Part shown: positions 17,140 through 28,050 of the stretch, piece after piece | Numbering within the stretch: position 1 is the first letter of the stretch | Layout: every line of letters begins with the position of its first letter | Origin: Christensenellaceae bacterium | GTDB lineage: Bacteria; Bacillota; Clostridia; Christensenellales; Borkfalkiaceae | Direction: 5' to 3' | NCBI GenBank assembly: GCA_045614165.1 | Contig: JAZLCK010000004.1 | Coordinates: 1,889-65,888 of the forward strand | Length of the DNA: 64,000 bases | Position numbers and translations under genes: made by a program | The notes under the pieces: generated by a model | Database searches by the model: none | Told to the model about the DNA's origin: nothing | Seen by the model: the letters and a program-made list of their open reading frames with translations, nothing else

Positions 17140-17272
17140 TAAATACCTCCGTATTTTTTCTTATTTTTATTTTTTTGTATATATAAATGCCTAAAAACTT
17201 GTTATTGGAATGTTTAACGCTGTTTTTTTGGCTCTTTTTTTCGTTCTGACCAAACGGCCAGCAATTAGGTTA

Positions 17273-17389
17273 TTAACCTTGTCTTTGTTTATGGCTCTTG
17301 TCTTTTGAACAAATTACCATTACTTTTCCGTTTCTTTTAATAACTTTGCACTTATCGCACATAGGTTTTACTGAAGGTCTAACTTTCAT
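17273..17389 (-). CDS. rpmJ: 50S ribosomal protein L36
   Basis: Below the ORF-track cutoff. Hand translation gives [38 protein letters not shown] (38 aa), located between infA and rpsM as expected. Confidence 0.93.
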   Translation of the reverse strand: MKVRPSVKPMCDKCKVIKRNGKVMVICSKDKSHKQRQG

Positions 17390-17419
17390 TTTATTTTCTC
17401 CTTTAATAAAGTTTCGTGT

Positions 17420-17641
17420 TTATGATTTACTACGCCAAGTAATTCTGCCTTTGGTTAAGTCGTAAGGACTCATTTCAAGTTTTACGCTATCGCCTATTAT
17501 TATTTTGATATAATGTTGACGAAGTTTGCCCGATATATGAGCAGTGATAATGTGACCGTTAGAAAGTTTTACTTTAAACATCGCGTTTGGTAATGTTTCT
17601 ACAATCACGCCTTCTGTTTCTATTACATCTTCTTTAGACAC
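17420..17641 (-). CDS. infA: translation initiation factor IF-1
   Basis: 73 aa. [32 protein letters not shown]. Confidence 0.97.
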   Translation of the reverse strand: MSKEDVIETEGVIVETLPNAMFKVKLSNGHIITAHISGKLRQHYIKIIIGDSVKLEMSPYDLTKGRITWRSKS

Positions 17642-17666
17642 AAAAACCGTCCTCCTTGTTTGGTTT

Positions 17667-18416
17667 TTAATTTTTTGTGAGTATTTCTACTCCGTCTTCG
17701 GTAATGAGAACCGTGTTCTCATAATGTGCCGAAGGTTTACCGTCGAGTGTTGCAACGCCCCAACCATCTGATAAAAACTTAACCTTAAAAGTTCCCGCAT
17801 TTATCATAGGCTCAATTGCTATTACCATACCCGCTTTAAGCCTAATGCCCGTGCCTTTACGACCATAGTTTGGAACGCTTGGGTCTTCGTGCATTTCTTG
17901 GCCTATTCCGTGTCCGGTAAGCGCCCTAACAACAGAATAACCATTGCTTTCGGCGTGAGTTTGGATATAGTATCCGATATCTCCTATTGGCGAACCATCT
18001 CTTAAATGTTCTATTGCCTTATAAAAGCACTCTTTCGTTACGCGAAGGAGTTTCTCTTTTTCCGGAGATACTTTTCCAACCATAAACGTTCTTGCTGCGT
18101 CGCCCTGCCAACCGTTTAGGACAACGCCAACGTCTATACTGACTAGTTGACCTTCTTTTATAAACACATCGTCTGATGGTATACCGTGAACAACCATATC
18201 GTCTATTGATATGCAAGTTGACGCTGGATAGCCGTTATAACCTAGAAACGATGGATAGCCACCGTGCGACGTTATAAAGTCGTATGCCATTTTGTCAAGT
18301 TGTTTTGTCGTGATACCAACTTTGATGTTTTTTTCTAGATAGTCTAAAACGTCTTTCGTCAGTTTTCCACTTTCACGCATTAATTGTATCTGCGCGTCAG
18401 TTTTAATTTTAATCAT
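17667..18416 (-). CDS. map: type I methionine aminopeptidase
   Basis: 249 aa. [32 protein letters not shown]. Confidence 0.95.
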   Translation of the reverse strand: MIKIKTDAQIQLMRESGKLTKDVLDYLEKNIKVGITTKQLDKMAYDFITSHGGYPSFLGYNGYPASTCISIDDMVVHGIPSDDVFIKEGQLVSIDVGVVLNGWQGDAARTFMVGKVSPEKEKLLRVTKECFYKAIEHLRDGSPIGDIGYYIQTHAESNGYSVVRALTGHGIGQEMHEDPSVPNYGRKGTGIRLKAGMVIAIEPMINAGTFKVKFLSDGWGVATLDGKPSAHYENTVLITEDGVEILTKN

Positions 18417-19039
18417 TGTTTGTCTAAAACCTTTATAATCTCACTAAATACTTCTTCAATTGATTTATTACCATCAACAGAAACAAGTTTGTTAAGATTT
18501 TTATAGTAGTTTATTAAAGGCTCGGTAGATTTTTTATAAACGACCAATCTTTCCTTAACGGCAGATTCTTCGTCGTCTTTACGAATTACTAATGGTGCGC
18601 CACATTTTGGACAGACATTTGCGTTTTCGATAAGCAACGCGTTGAACGTGCCTTTACATTTTTCGCAAAATCTTCTAGAAGAAATACGTTTTTGAACTAA
18701 ATCTAGGTCTACGTCGATGTTAAGAACTAAATCAGGCGCATTGTCTTTTTCAAGACTTTCTGCTTGATTTAGGTTTCTTGGAAAACCATCTAGTAAGTAT
18801 CCGTTTTTAACGTCGTCTTCTGCTAATCTGTTTCTAACGATTTCTATCGTTAATTCATCTGGACAAAGATTGCCAGAATCGATTATGTCCTTAATTTTGA
18901 TACCAACGGGCGTTTTTCTAGCGATATTATCTCTAAAAATATCGCCCGTAGATATGTGTTTTAAGCCGTATTTTTCCGATATGAACGCCGCTTGTGTGCC
19001 CTTCCCGCTACCAGGCGCCCCTAACAATACTATTTTCAT
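18413..19039 (-). CDS. adk: adenylate kinase (zinc-lid type)
   Basis: 208 aa. LLGAPGSGKGTQA with lid cysteines CEKC...CPKC. Confidence 0.96.
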   Translation of the reverse strand: MKIVLLGAPGSGKGTQAAFISEKYGLKHISTGDIFRDNIARKTPVGIKIKDIIDSGNLCPDELTIEIVRNRLAEDDVKNGYLLDGFPRNLNQAESLEKDNAPDLVLNIDVDLDLVQKRISSRRFCEKCKGTFNALLIENANVCPKCGAPLVIRKDDEESAVKERLVVYKKSTEPLINYYKNLNKLVSVDGNKSIEEVFSEIIKVLDKQ

Positions 19040-20331
19040 TATTTTGTAAAGCCTCTATTACCCATCATTTTCATCATAATTTGTGATTGAAGTGCTTGGT
19101 TGAATTCAAGCGCTACGGAAACTATAATTAGTAAACCCGTTGCACTAAACACGTTAACTAAACTTGCGTCTATAAAACTGAATATCAAAGATGGAACTAA
19201 TGCTAATATTGCAAGGAAAATTGCCCCGAATAAAGTGATTCTGTTTGATATACGTTTTAGATAGTCAGCAGTTGGCGCGCCCGGTCTAATACCAGGGATA
19301 AAACCACCATTGCCTTGAATACTCTTACTGATATCTGTTGGGTTGAATTGAATTTGATTGTAGAAATATGCAAAGAATAAAATCAATACACAAAGAATAA
19401 TCATGTATGGAATTGTGCCTGTTCCCATATTTCTTGACCACCAGTTAGTGCTGTCTTTACCGATAAGGTTAAGAACTAAATCTGGTAAACTCAAAATTGC
19501 AAAAGAGAAGATTAGAGGCATAACACCTGATGAGTTAACCTTGATAGGAATGTGAGTAGATTGACCACCATACATCTTTCTGCCTTTAACTTGTTTTGCA
19601 TATTGAACAGGAATTTTTCTTTCTGCGCTTTCCACAGTAACGATTGCTGCAAAAATTACGATTGCAACAACGATGAATCCTATAAACGTCCAAATTGCTC
19701 TGGTTGACGTTTCTGGATTAAAGAATTGACCAATAATATTAACGATTGCAATACCTGCGGTTGATAAGATACCCGCAAAAATTAGAAGCGAAATACCATT
19801 TGATACGCCGTAATCGGTTATTCTTTCGCCAAGCCACATAGTTAAACATGCCCCTGCCGTATAAACGATTACTAAGAAGAAATAACTTAAAAATTGCATA
19901 AAGCCCGAATCACCAAAAATGGCTTTGGTATTGATTTGTGACTTGAACGCCATAATAATACCGATTGATTGAACTACTGCAAGAATTAAAGTACAAATTC
20001 TGGTATAAACGGTTATTCTCTTTCTGCCTTCTTCGCCTTGTTTAGACAAGTCTTGAAGACGTGGTATAGCAACTGTTAATAGTTGAATAATAATAGATGC
20101 GTTAATGTAAGGACCAATACCCATAGCGAAGAAGGTACCTTGACCTAATGCGCCACCTGATACGGCACTCATGATTTGAAGATAAGAATATTCTGAAACG
20201 TCGAACACGTTTACGCCCGGAACCGGAATATAACAACCGATTCTGTAAACGAATAAAAGTGCTATCGTTATAAGGATTTTTCTTCTAATCTCCTTAATCT
20301 TAAACGCGTTTACTATTGTTTTAAGCATCAT
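19039..20331 (-). CDS. secY: preprotein translocase subunit SecY
   Basis: 430 aa, polytopic, in the conserved position between rplO and adk. Confidence 0.96.
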   Translation of the reverse strand: MMLKTIVNAFKIKEIRRKILITIALLFVYRIGCYIPVPGVNVFDVSEYSYLQIMSAVSGGALGQGTFFAMGIGPYINASIIIQLLTVAIPRLQDLSKQGEEGRKRITVYTRICTLILAVVQSIGIIMAFKSQINTKAIFGDSGFMQFLSYFFLVIVYTAGACLTMWLGERITDYGVSNGISLLIFAGILSTAGIAIVNIIGQFFNPETSTRAIWTFIGFIVVAIVIFAAIVTVESAERKIPVQYAKQVKGRKMYGGQSTHIPIKVNSSGVMPLIFSFAILSLPDLVLNLIGKDSTNWWSRNMGTGTIPYMIILCVLILFFAYFYNQIQFNPTDISKSIQGNGGFIPGIRPGAPTADYLKRISNRITLFGAIFLAILALVPSLIFSFIDASLVNVFSATGLLIIVSVALEFNQALQSQIMMKMMGNRGFTK

Positions 20332-20349
20332 TGCCCTCCTTTACGGGGT

Positions 20350-20796
20350 TTAGATTTGTTCTACCTTACCACCTGCTTTTTCAATGGCTTCTTTTGCTGC
20401 CTTAGAGAAAGCGTTTGCTTTTACCGTTACAGGTTTAGTAATAGCGCCGGTTGCTAAAACTTTTAGACCAACAGCGTTTTTAATAACCTTGATAAGATTT
20501 TTTTCGATAAGAGCGTTAATGTCGATAACTGAATTTGCTTCAAAAGAATCAAGAACAGAAAGATTAACAATGCTGTATGATTTTTTGAAATAGTTATTAA
20601 AGCCACGTTTTGGAATACGTCTTATTAAAGGCATTTGACCGCCTTCGAATCCTGGACGAACGCCACCGCCGCTTCTTGCCCATTGACCTTTATGACCTTT
20701 ACCACTGGTTTTACCAAGACCTGAACCGATACCTCTACCAAGTCTTTTTGGTGCAGTCACTGAACCCTGTGTGGGTCTTAAATCACCTAATCTCAT
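20350..20796 (-). CDS. rplO: 50S ribosomal protein L15
   Basis: 148 aa. MRLGDLRPTQGS...GKTSGKGHKGQ. Confidence 0.97.
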   Translation of the reverse strand: MRLGDLRPTQGSVTAPKRLGRGIGSGLGKTSGKGHKGQWARSGGGVRPGFEGGQMPLIRRIPKRGFNNYFKKSYSIVNLSVLDSFEANSVIDINALIEKNLIKVIKNAVGLKVLATGAITKPVTVKANAFSKAAKEAIEKAGGKVEQI

Positions 20797-20821
20797 TTTA
20801 TATCTCCTTAATACTGTGAAC

Positions 20822-21025
20822 TTAAATCTTTTCTACTTTAAGTAGATACGAAACTTTTTCTATCATACCGAGAATTACTGCATTTTCGTCATGAATTTTG
20901 AAAGAGTTGATTTTTTTAAGTCCTAAAGCTGCTACGATTTTTTTATGGTTTGGCAACGCTGAAATAGTAGATTTTACTAGCGTAACCTTAATTTTGCCGG
21001 TTTCGGCTTTTTTTGCTTTTGCCAT
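20822..21025 (-). CDS. rpmD: 50S ribosomal protein L30
   Basis: 67 aa. KIKVTLVKSTISALPNHKKIVAALGLKKIN. Confidence 0.93.
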   Translation of the reverse strand: MAKAKKAETGKIKVTLVKSTISALPNHKKIVAALGLKKINSFKIHDENAVILGMIEKVSYLLKVEKI

Positions 21026-21035
21026 TTTTTGCCTC

Positions 21036-21557
21036 CTAACCGTTGATTTCTTCTACAGATTTACCACGGATAGCCGCGATTTCTTCTGCAGTTCTCAAAC
21101 TCTTTAAGCCTTCTATTGCTGCTTTTACACAGTTAATAGGGTTGTTAGTTCCGTGTGATTTGGTTCTAATGTTGGTGATACCAACTGCTTCCATAATTGC
21201 ACGAACAGGACCACCTGCGATAACACCGGTACCTTCTGATGCAGGGAGCATTAATACTGAACCTCTGCCAAATTTACCGATAACTTCGTGTGGGATACTA
21301 GTTCCAAGTAAAGATACCTTGAACATATCTCTCTTTGCTCTTGCAGTTGCTTTATCAATTGCTTCTGGAACTTCTTTTGCTTTACCAATAGCGCAACCGA
21401 TTTTGCCAGCGCCGTCGCCTACTACTACAAGCGCAGCAAATCTCATGTTTCTACCACCTTTAACAGTTTTAGTTACACGGTTTACACAAATAAGTTTTTT
21501 AACTAAACCGTCGTTTTCTTCCGCCTTTCTTGGCGCTCTGTTATTATCTCTTGCCAT
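21036..21557 (-). CDS. rpsE: 30S ribosomal protein S5
   Basis: 173 aa. [24 protein letters not shown]. Confidence 0.97.
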   Translation of the reverse strand: MARDNNRAPRKAEENDGLVKKLICVNRVTKTVKGGRNMRFAALVVVGDGAGKIGCAIGKAKEVPEAIDKATARAKRDMFKVSLLGTSIPHEVIGKFGRGSVLMLPASEGTGVIAGGPVRAIMEAVGITNIRTKSHGTNNPINCVKAAIEGLKSLRTAEEIAAIRGKSVEEING

Positions 21558-21575
21558 TTTATTTCTCCTTGATTA

Positions 21576-21944
21576 TTAGAATTGAAGTCCACCCTTTCTT
21601 GCACCGTCAGCAAGATTCATTACACGACCGGTATAGAGATAACCACCTCTATCAAAAACAATCGTAGTGATGTTTTTTGCTAACGCTTTTTTTGCAAGAA
21701 GTTCGCCAACTGCAAATGCTTGCGCCTTTTTGTCTTTGCCATCAAAAGTTCCTTTAATTTCTTTATCAAGCGTAGATGCTGTAACCAAGGTTACACCTTT
21801 TACGTCGTCAATAATTTGAGCGTAAATGTGGTTAAGGCTTCTGTATACAGAAAGTCTTGGCATATCGGCTGTGCCTTTGATTTTTGCCCTTACTCTCTTA
21901 TGTCTTTTTAATCTGTCATTGTTTTTATTGATTTTTGTAATCAT
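21576..21944 (-). CDS. rplR: 50S ribosomal protein L18
   Basis: 122 aa. [18 protein letters not shown]...[12 protein letters not shown]. Confidence 0.97.
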   Translation of the reverse strand: MITKINKNNDRLKRHKRVRAKIKGTADMPRLSVYRSLNHIYAQIIDDVKGVTLVTASTLDKEIKGTFDGKDKKAQAFAVGELLAKKALAKNITTIVFDRGGYLYTGRVMNLADGARKGGLQF

Positions 21945-22039
21945 ATTAGTTTTACTTCCTTTTAACTACTTTTCGTGTTTAATAACACACTCTGCAATTT
22001 GGCCAAACTTTTAAGCCAATCACTAAAAGCCAATTAATC

Positions 22040-22594
22040 TTAGCCTTTACCGCCTGCTGCCTTACCAACTTTTCTTTCGATTACTTCGTCGCTATAACGG
22101 ATTCCGTAGCCGTGGTATGGTTCTGGCTCTCTTAAACTTCTAATCATTGCTGTGAATTGACCAACTTTTTCTTTCTCGATACCACTACCAACAATTTCAG
22201 TTATTGATGGGCAGTCCAAAGTAATACCTTCGATTTCTTCGATTTCTACTGGATGAGAGAAACCAATGTTAAGAACTACTTTTTTGCCTTGTTTTGCAAC
22301 TTTCCAACCTACACCGTTAACGATGAGTGATTTTTTAAAGCCTTCTGAAACACCTTTAATCATGTTAGCAGTAAGTGCTCTATATAAACCGTGTTTTGCT
22401 CTGATTGGGCCGGTTGCGTTCTTTTCATCTTTAATAGCGAAACTAATTACGTTGTTTTCTAAGTTTGCAACAATAGCCGTATCGTAGGCTTGGGTTAAAG
22501 TACCTTTTGGGCCTTTTACGGTGATTACTGCGTTAGAAAAATCTACGGTTACGCCGGCTGGAACATTTATAACTGCTTTACCTATTCTTGACAT
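22040..22594 (-). CDS. rplF: 50S ribosomal protein L6
   Basis: 184 aa. MSRIGKAVINVPAGVTV...GVGWKV. Confidence 0.97.
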   Translation of the reverse strand: MSRIGKAVINVPAGVTVDFSNAVITVKGPKGTLTQAYDTAIVANLENNVISFAIKDEKNATGPIRAKHGLYRALTANMIKGVSEGFKKSLIVNGVGWKVAKQGKKVVLNIGFSHPVEIEEIEGITLDCPSITEIVGSGIEKEKVGQFTAMIRSLREPEPYHGYGIRYSDEVIERKVGKAAGGKG

Positions 22595-22606
22595 ATTATA
22601 TACCTC

Positions 22607-22993
22607 CTACCATACGTAAGCGAGAACTTCGCCACCTTGATGTGATTTTTTTGCTTCTTTACCAGTCATAATACCCTTAGAAGTAGAGATGATTGCAACG
22701 CCAAGACCACCTAAAACTGATGGGATTTCTTCTGCACCAACGTATACTCTAAGACCTGGTTTACTAATTCTTTTAAGACCGGTAATTACTCCCTTATTAC
22801 CATCGTATTTAAGAGTAATTTTGATAGTTCCTTGAACGCCTTCTACGTAATCTACTGCTGAAATATAACCTTCGTTTAGAAGAATGTTAGCAATAGCCTT
22901 TTTAGTGTTAGACGCAGGAATTTCTACGGTTTCGTGTTTTGCTGAAACTGCGTTTCTAATTCTTGTAAGCATATCTGCAATAACGTCTGTCAT
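22607..22993 (-). CDS. rpsH: 30S ribosomal protein S8
   Basis: [15 protein letters not shown] start, preceded by AAGGAGGA. The track start (23014) would overlap rpsZ. Confidence 0.96.
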   Translation of the reverse strand: MTDVIADMLTRIRNAVSAKHETVEIPASNTKKAIANILLNEGYISAVDYVEGVQGTIKITLKYDGNKGVITGLKRISKPGLRVYVGAEEIPSVLGGLGVAIISTSKGIMTGKEAKKSHQGGEVLAYVW

Positions 22994-23007
22994 TTTAATA
23001 TCCTCCT

Positions 23008-23193
23008 TTACCAACTTGCCTTTTTAACGCCAGGAATCTCGCCTTTATATGCAAGATTTCTAAAGCATATACGGCAAATACCGTATTTTCTTAGAACAGC
23101 GTGTGGACGACCACAGATGCTGCATCTCGTATAGGCTCTGGTGGAAAATTTAGCAGGTTTTTGCTGCTTGTTTATCATTGCTTTTTTAGCCAT
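23008..23193 (-). CDS. rpsZ: 30S ribosomal protein S14 type Z (zinc-binding)
   Basis: 61 aa. [22 protein letters not shown]. Confidence 0.96.
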   Translation of the reverse strand: MAKKAMINKQQKPAKFSTRAYTRCSICGRPHAVLRKYGICRICFRNLAYKGEIPGVKKASW

Positions 23194-23210
23194 TTTATAA
23201 CTCCTTTACC

Positions 23211-23759
23211 TTACTTACTTGCAAAAGGCATTCCGAGAAGCGCTAGAAGTTCTCTTGCTTCTTCGTCAGTTTTTGCAGTTGTGGTGAAACAAATGTCGAA
23301 TCCTCTGATTTTTTCTACTTGGTCGTAAGAAATTTCAGGGAAAACAAGTTGTTCTTTAACGCCCATTGCGTAGTTTCCTCTTCCGTCGAAAGATTTAGTA
23401 GGAACGCCTTTGAAGTCTCTTACTCTTGGAAGTGCGATTGAAACGTATTTATCAAAGAATTCATACATTCTAACGCCTCTTAAAGTAACCTTCATACCAA
23501 CGTTTTGTCCTTCTCTGATTTTGAAGTTTGCAACTGATTTCTTAGCAGCCGTTAGTACAGGCTTTTGACCAGAAATAAGTCTTAATTCTTCAACTGCAGT
23601 TTGAACGCTCTTACTATTGTCTTTAACGTCGCCAAGGCCTGAGTTAATAGTGATTTTTACAAGTTTTGGAACTTGATTTACGTTTTTATAACCGAATCTT
23701 TTGATTAAAGCGGGTATAACTGTTTCTTTATACAAAGTTTTAATTCTGTTCTCTGCCAT
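23211..23759 (-). CDS. rplE: 50S ribosomal protein L5
   Basis: 182 aa, in the conserved spc-operon position. [16 protein letters not shown]. Confidence 0.97.
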   Translation of the reverse strand: MAENRIKTLYKETVIPALIKRFGYKNVNQVPKLVKITINSGLGDVKDNSKSVQTAVEELRLISGQKPVLTAAKKSVANFKIREGQNVGMKVTLRGVRMYEFFDKYVSIALPRVRDFKGVPTKSFDGRGNYAMGVKEQLVFPEISYDQVEKIRGFDICFTTTAKTDEEARELLALLGMPFASK

Positions 23760-23775
23760 TTGTTATGCCCTCCGA

Positions 23776-24249
23776 TTATTTATCTTCTGCAGTTGGTTCT
23801 GCAGGTGCTACTTTTTTGGTTGATTTTTTAGTAGCCTTTTTGGTTGTGGTTTTAGTTTCGTCTGCTTTTTTTGCAGTTGCTTTTTTTGCAGTTTTAACTT
23901 CTTTTGCTGCATCTAAAACAGCGTCACATTTTTTGCAGATACGAACTTTTTTGTCGCCAACTACTTTGTAGCCTACCCTAGTAGGTTTGCCACAAGTTGG
24001 GCAAATTACCATTAAGTTTGAAGCGTCGATAGGACCTGCTTGTTTTTTGATTTCGCTAACGTCTTGTGCGCTTCTTGCTTTTTTGTGTTTGGTTTGAATA
24101 TTCATGCCGTCAACTAAAACTTTGTTGGTTTTTGGATATACAGCAAGAACTTTACCGGTTTTAGCATCTTTTTTGCTTTCGCCTCTTTGGTTGTTGATTG
24201 AGCCCTTACCAGTTAGAAGCAAAACAGTATCATTTTTCTTGATTTTCAT
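23776..24249 (-). CDS. rplX: 50S ribosomal protein L24 with Cys4 insert and Lys/Thr/Ala-rich C-terminal extension
   Basis: 157 aa. KOW region MKIKKNDTVLLLTGK, CPTCGKPTRV...RICKKC, then a roughly 45-aa KKATAKK-type tail. Confidence 0.95.
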   Translation of the reverse strand: MKIKKNDTVLLLTGKGSINNQRGESKKDAKTGKVLAVYPKTNKVLVDGMNIQTKHKKARSAQDVSEIKKQAGPIDASNLMVICPTCGKPTRVGYKVVGDKKVRICKKCDAVLDAAKEVKTAKKATAKKADETKTTTKKATKKSTKKVAPAEPTAEDK

Positions 24250-24261
24250 TTTATCTTCTCC

Positions 24262-24630
24262 TTATAAAACTTCGGGCGCAAGGGAAATTATACGCATATA
24301 GTCTTTATCCCTTAATTCTCTTGCTATAGGTCCAAAAATACGAGTACCTTTAGGTTGTTTTTGAGCATCAATAATAACTGCTGCATTTTCGTCAAATCTA
24401 ACGTAAGTTCCGTCTTTTCTTCTAACGCCGTTGGTGCTTCTTACGATAACTGCTTTAACAACGTCACCTTTTTTAACTGCACCACCTGGGGTAGCGGTTT
24501 TAACGCTTGCTACGATAACGTCGCCAACGTTGCCGGTTCTTCTAAATGAACCACCGAGAACTTTAATGCACATCAATTCTTTTGCACCAGAGTTGTCTGC
24601 TGCTTTTAATCTTGAAAATGGTTGTATCAT
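24262..24630 (-). CDS. rplN: 50S ribosomal protein L14
   Basis: 122 aa. [28 protein letters not shown]. Confidence 0.97.
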   Translation of the reverse strand: MIQPFSRLKAADNSGAKELMCIKVLGGSFRRTGNVGDVIVASVKTATPGGAVKKGDVVKAVIVRSTNGVRRKDGTYVRFDENAAVIIDAQKQPKGTRIFGPIARELRDKDYMRIISLAPEVL

Positions 24631-24641
24631 TGCGCGCCTCC

Positions 24642-24896
24642 TTACTTAGCCTTTTCGATGATTTCTGCTACTCTCCAATTTTTGTCCTTAGAGAGTTTTC
24701 TTGTTTCTACGATAAGAACTTTATCGCCTACGCCACAAGAATTTGCTTCGTCATGCGCCTTGAATTTGTGAGTTTTTTTAATAGTCTTCTTGTATAATGG
24801 ATGTTTATATCTTTCTTCGATAGCAACAACTACCGTTTTATCCATTTTGTCGGAAACTACTACGCCGACTCTTTCTTTTCTTAAATTTCTTTCCAT
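24642..24896 (-). CDS. rpsQ: 30S ribosomal protein S17
   Basis: 84 aa. [17 protein letters not shown]...HDE.N. Confidence 0.97.
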   Translation of the reverse strand: MERNLRKERVGVVVSDKMDKTVVVAIEERYKHPLYKKTIKKTHKFKAHDEANSCGVGDKVLIVETRKLSKDKNWRVAEIIEKAK

Positions 24897-24915
24897 AATC
24901 TTCTACTCCTCCGCC

Positions 24916-25116
24916 TTACTTTGAAGCCTCGATTTCTTTGCTTCTTAAAATCGTTTTAACTCTTGCAATGTCTTTTTTGCAGTTTGCAAGTGCTGCGGGG
25001 TTTTCTAGTTGGCCGATAGCGTGACGGAAACGAAGGTTGAACAATTCTTCAGAAAGTTCTTTAAGTTTCGTATTTAGTTCTTCTACGGTCAATTCTCTTA
25101 AATCTTTTGCTTTCAT
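24916..25116 (-). CDS. rpmC: 50S ribosomal protein L29
   Basis: 66 aa. LRELTVEELNTKLKELSEELFNLRF. Confidence 0.95.
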   Translation of the reverse strand: MKAKDLRELTVEELNTKLKELSEELFNLRFRHAIGQLENPAALANCKKDIARVKTILRSKEIEASK

Positions 25117-25562
25117 TAACCTTCACCGCCTTCTTCTTTAATTTGTTCTGCTACGGTTTCCTTCTTAACGAATTTAGTCTTAACAGGAAGTTTGTGTCCT
25201 GCAAGTCTCATAGCCTCTTTTGCAATATTTTCAGGAATACCTGACATTTCAAATAATACTCTGCCTGGTTTTACTACTGCTACCCAGAATTCTACTGAAC
25301 CTTTACCACTACCCATACGGCTATCGGCAGGTTTTTTAGTTACAGGTTTGTGTGGGAATATGTCAATCCATACTTTACCACCTCTTTTAATAAATCTCGT
25401 CATTGCAACACGGGCTGCTTCGATTTGATTTGATTTAATCCAACCTGGTTCGGTAGCAACTAAACCGTATTCACCGTAAGCGATTTTATTACCTTTGGTA
25501 CATTTACCGGTCATTCTGCCACGATGAACTCTTCTTCTTTTAACACGTTTTGGCATTAACAT
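25116..25562 (-). CDS. rplP: 50S ribosomal protein L16
   Basis: 148 aa. [17 protein letters not shown]. Confidence 0.97.
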   Translation of the reverse strand: MLMPKRVKRRRVHRGRMTGKCTKGNKIAYGEYGLVATEPGWIKSNQIEAARVAMTRFIKRGGKVWIDIFPHKPVTKKPADSRMGSGKGSVEFWVAVVKPGRVLFEMSGIPENIAKEAMRLAGHKLPVKTKFVKKETVAEQIKEEGGEG

Positions 25563-25564
25563 AA

Positions 25565-26233
25565 TTAAGCTTCGCCTCCTTTACTAGACTTGGTTTTGCT
25601 TTGACCAATGATTTCGCCTTTGTAAATCCAGCATTTAATACCGATAATACCAAAGGTGGTTAGTGCTTCAGCAAAGCCGTATTCTATATCCGCTCTCAAC
25701 GTTTGTAGTGGAATTGAACCTTCGTGATAACTTTCGCTACGAGCAATTTCAGCACCATCAAGTCTTCCGCTAACCATAACTTTAATACCTTTGATGCCGG
25801 CTCTCATTGACCTAGAAATTGCTTGTTTCATTGCTCTTCTGAAAGATGCACGTTTTTCTAATTGAGCAGCGATACCTTCTGCAACTAATTGCGCGTCTGC
25901 ATCAGGTTTTTTAACTTCGGTAATGTTTACTGAAATTTGTTTGCCTTTGCATACTTTTGCAACAGTTTGTTTGATTACTTCGATTTCTGCACCTTGTTTA
26001 CCGATAAGTACACCTGGACGTGCAGTGAAAATGTTGATTAATACCTTAGAAGCCGCTTTTTCGATAACAATTTTAGAAATTGCTGCTTGATAGTATTTTT
26101 TCTTTAATATTTTACGAATTTCATTATCTTCTTTGATGTTTGCAGAAAATTCTTTCTTATCAACGAACCAATGAGAATCCCAATCTTTATTTACTCCGAC
26201 TCTTAAACCGTGTGGATTAACTTTTTGTCCCAT
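25565..26233 (-). CDS. rpsC: 30S ribosomal protein S3
   Basis: [13 protein letters not shown] start preceded by AAGGAGG. The track start (26260) overlaps rplV. Confidence 0.96.
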   Translation of the reverse strand: MGQKVNPHGLRVGVNKDWDSHWFVDKKEFSANIKEDNEIRKILKKKYYQAAISKIVIEKAASKVLINIFTARPGVLIGKQGAEIEVIKQTVAKVCKGKQISVNITEVKKPDADAQLVAEGIAAQLEKRASFRRAMKQAISRSMRAGIKGIKVMVSGRLDGAEIARSESYHEGSIPLQTLRADIEYGFAEALTTFGIIGIKCWIYKGEIIGQSKTKSSKGGEA

Positions 26234-26243
26234 ACCGTCCTCC

Positions 26244-26606
26244 TTAAGCCTTTGCACCAAGAACCACTGTAATGTGGCTGGTTCTCTTTAATATTCTAAA
26301 TGCTCTGCCTTGTGCTCTTGGTCTTACTCTTTTAAGGGTTGGACCTTGGTCAGCAAAACATGCTGCTACAAAAAGATCGTCTTTGCTTAAACCAACGTTG
26401 TTTTCAGCGTTTGCACCAGCACTCATCAATACTTTTTTGATAGGTAATGATGCAGATTTTGGCGTGTTTTCTAGGATTGCAAGAGCGTCTTTATAACTTT
26501 TGCCTCTAATGATATTTAGAACGATTCTTACTTTGTATGGAGAAATTCTAATATATCTGGCAACTGCTTTAGCGCCGTTAGTGTAATTATTAACTGATTT
26601 AGCCAT
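26244..26606 (-). CDS. rplV: 50S ribosomal protein L22
   Basis: 120 aa. [21 protein letters not shown]. Confidence 0.97.
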   Translation of the reverse strand: MAKSVNNYTNGAKAVARYIRISPYKVRIVLNIIRGKSYKDALAILENTPKSASLPIKKVLMSAGANAENNVGLSKDDLFVAACFADQGPTLKRVRPRAQGRAFRILKRTSHITVVLGAKA

Positions 26607-26621
26607 TTATATTTCCTCCTA

Positions 26622-26903
26622 TTATCTACCCGAAGAACTCTTTTCAGAGCCTGCGTGGCCTTTGAACGTTCTAGTAGGCGCGAATTCGCCTAATTTGCTA
26701 CCAACCATATCTTCGGTTACATATACAGGAACGTGTTTTCTTCCATCATATACCGCGATGGTATGTCCTACCATTTGTGGGAATATCGTTGATGCTCTTG
26801 ACCAAGTTTTTAAAACTTTCTTTTCATTTTTTTCGTTTAATTCTTCTATTCTCTTTAAGAGTTTAGGTTCTACGTAAGGACCTTTTTTAACACTTCTACT
26901 CAT
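26622..26903 (-). CDS. rpsS: 30S ribosomal protein S19
   Basis: 93 aa. [11 protein letters not shown]...[17 protein letters not shown]. Confidence 0.97.
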   Translation of the reverse strand: MSRSVKKGPYVEPKLLKRIEELNEKNEKKVLKTWSRASTIFPQMVGHTIAVYDGRKHVPVYVTEDMVGSKLGEFAPTRTFKGHAGSEKSSSGR

Positions 26904-26914
26904 TGTCGTCCTCC

Positions 26915-27742
26915 TTAATTTATCCTGGTAATGATAAGTTTGTCAGAAGCCTTTTTGTGCTTTCTAGTCTTGTAACCAAGAGCAGGTTTACCCCAAGGAG
27001 TAACAGGTCCTGGCATACCAACAGGTGATTTACCTTCACCACCACCGTGTGGGTGGTCACATGGGTTCATTACAACACCACGTACTGATGGACGGATACC
27101 TAAATGTCTGGTTTTACCTGCTTTACCGATTCTGATAATTTCGTGTTCTAGATTACCAACTTGACCGATAGTTGCTTTGCAGGTTGCAAGGATATATCTC
27201 ATTTCGCCACTTGGCATTTTAAGAGTTACGTATTTTTCGTCTCTTGCCATGATTTGAGCGCTCATACCAGCCGCCCTAGCGATTTGACCACCTTTTCCAG
27301 GTTGCATTTCGATGTTGTGAACCATAGTACCAACAGGGATATCTTTAAGCATTAAAGCGTTGCCTGCTTTGATATCTGCGGTTGCACCTGATAATACGGT
27401 GTCGCCTACTTTTAAGCCAACAGGAGCAAGAATATATTTCTTTACGCCGTCTGCATACATAAGTAATGCGATGTTTGCGCTACGGTTTGGATCGTATTCG
27501 ATAGATTTAACTTTTGCAGGAACGCCGTCTTTGTTCCTTTTGAAGTCTATGATACGATATTTTCTTCTGTTTCCGCCACCGATATGACGTACGGTTATTT
27601 TACCTTGAGCGTTTCTACCACCGCTCTTTCTCATATCTTCAAGTAAAGATTTTTCAGGTTTAACAGCCGTGATTTCATCGTAAGCACTTACCGTCATAAA
27701 ACGACGTGCTGCAGATGTCGGTTTATATCTTTTAATAGCCAT
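26915..27742 (-). CDS. rplB: 50S ribosomal protein L2
   Basis: 275 aa. [14 protein letters not shown]...[16 protein letters not shown]. Confidence 0.97.
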   Translation of the reverse strand: MAIKRYKPTSAARRFMTVSAYDEITAVKPEKSLLEDMRKSGGRNAQGKITVRHIGGGNRRKYRIIDFKRNKDGVPAKVKSIEYDPNRSANIALLMYADGVKKYILAPVGLKVGDTVLSGATADIKAGNALMLKDIPVGTMVHNIEMQPGKGGQIARAAGMSAQIMARDEKYVTLKMPSGEMRYILATCKATIGQVGNLEHEIIRIGKAGKTRHLGIRPSVRGVVMNPCDHPHGGGEGKSPVGMPGPVTPWGKPALGYKTRKHKKASDKLIITRIN

Positions 27743-27759
27743 TATTCTTTTCCTCCCGA

Positions 27760-28050
27760 TTAAGATAACGAATCAAAGAATTCGATTGATTTGCTATCTT
27801 TCTTTAAGGTGACTGCTGCTTTCTTAAAATCAGGGGTGTATCCTTCATACTTGCCTTGTCTTTTAAGTTTGCCTCTTACAATCGCCGTATTAACTTTATC
27901 AACTTTTACACCGAAGATTTCTTCAACTGCAATTCTGATTTGAGTTTTGTTTGCGTCTTTTGCTACTACAAAGTAGTATTTTTTATCTTTTATACCCGCA
28001 TAACTTTTTTCGGTAAGTAGGGGTTTAATTATAACGTTGCGTGAGTCCAT
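27760..28050 (-). CDS. rplW: 50S ribosomal protein L23
   Basis: 96 aa, in the conserved position between rplD and rplB. Confidence 0.95.
   Translation of the reverse strand: MDSRNVIIKPLLTEKSYAGIKDKKYYFVVAKDANKTQIRIAVEEIFGVKVDKVNTAIVRGKLKRQGKYEGYTPDFKKAAVTLKKDSKSIEFFDSLS

Noticed and set aside
18019-18216. A 65-aa minus-strand ORF inside map. Paired 60-aa ORFs at 49135-49321 are similar cases.
   Set aside because: They are alternative-frame ORFs nested in well-supported genes. Their sequences are Arg/Cys-rich or otherwise atypical, and they have no initiation signals.
21043-21579. A 178-aa plus-strand ORF. The track also shows many other 60-150-aa plus-strand ORFs across 14-29 kb.
   Set aside because: These ORFs are fully antisense to highly conserved ribosomal protein genes (here rpsE). 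Their translations are low-complexity with no SD or promoter. They are typical shadow ORFs.
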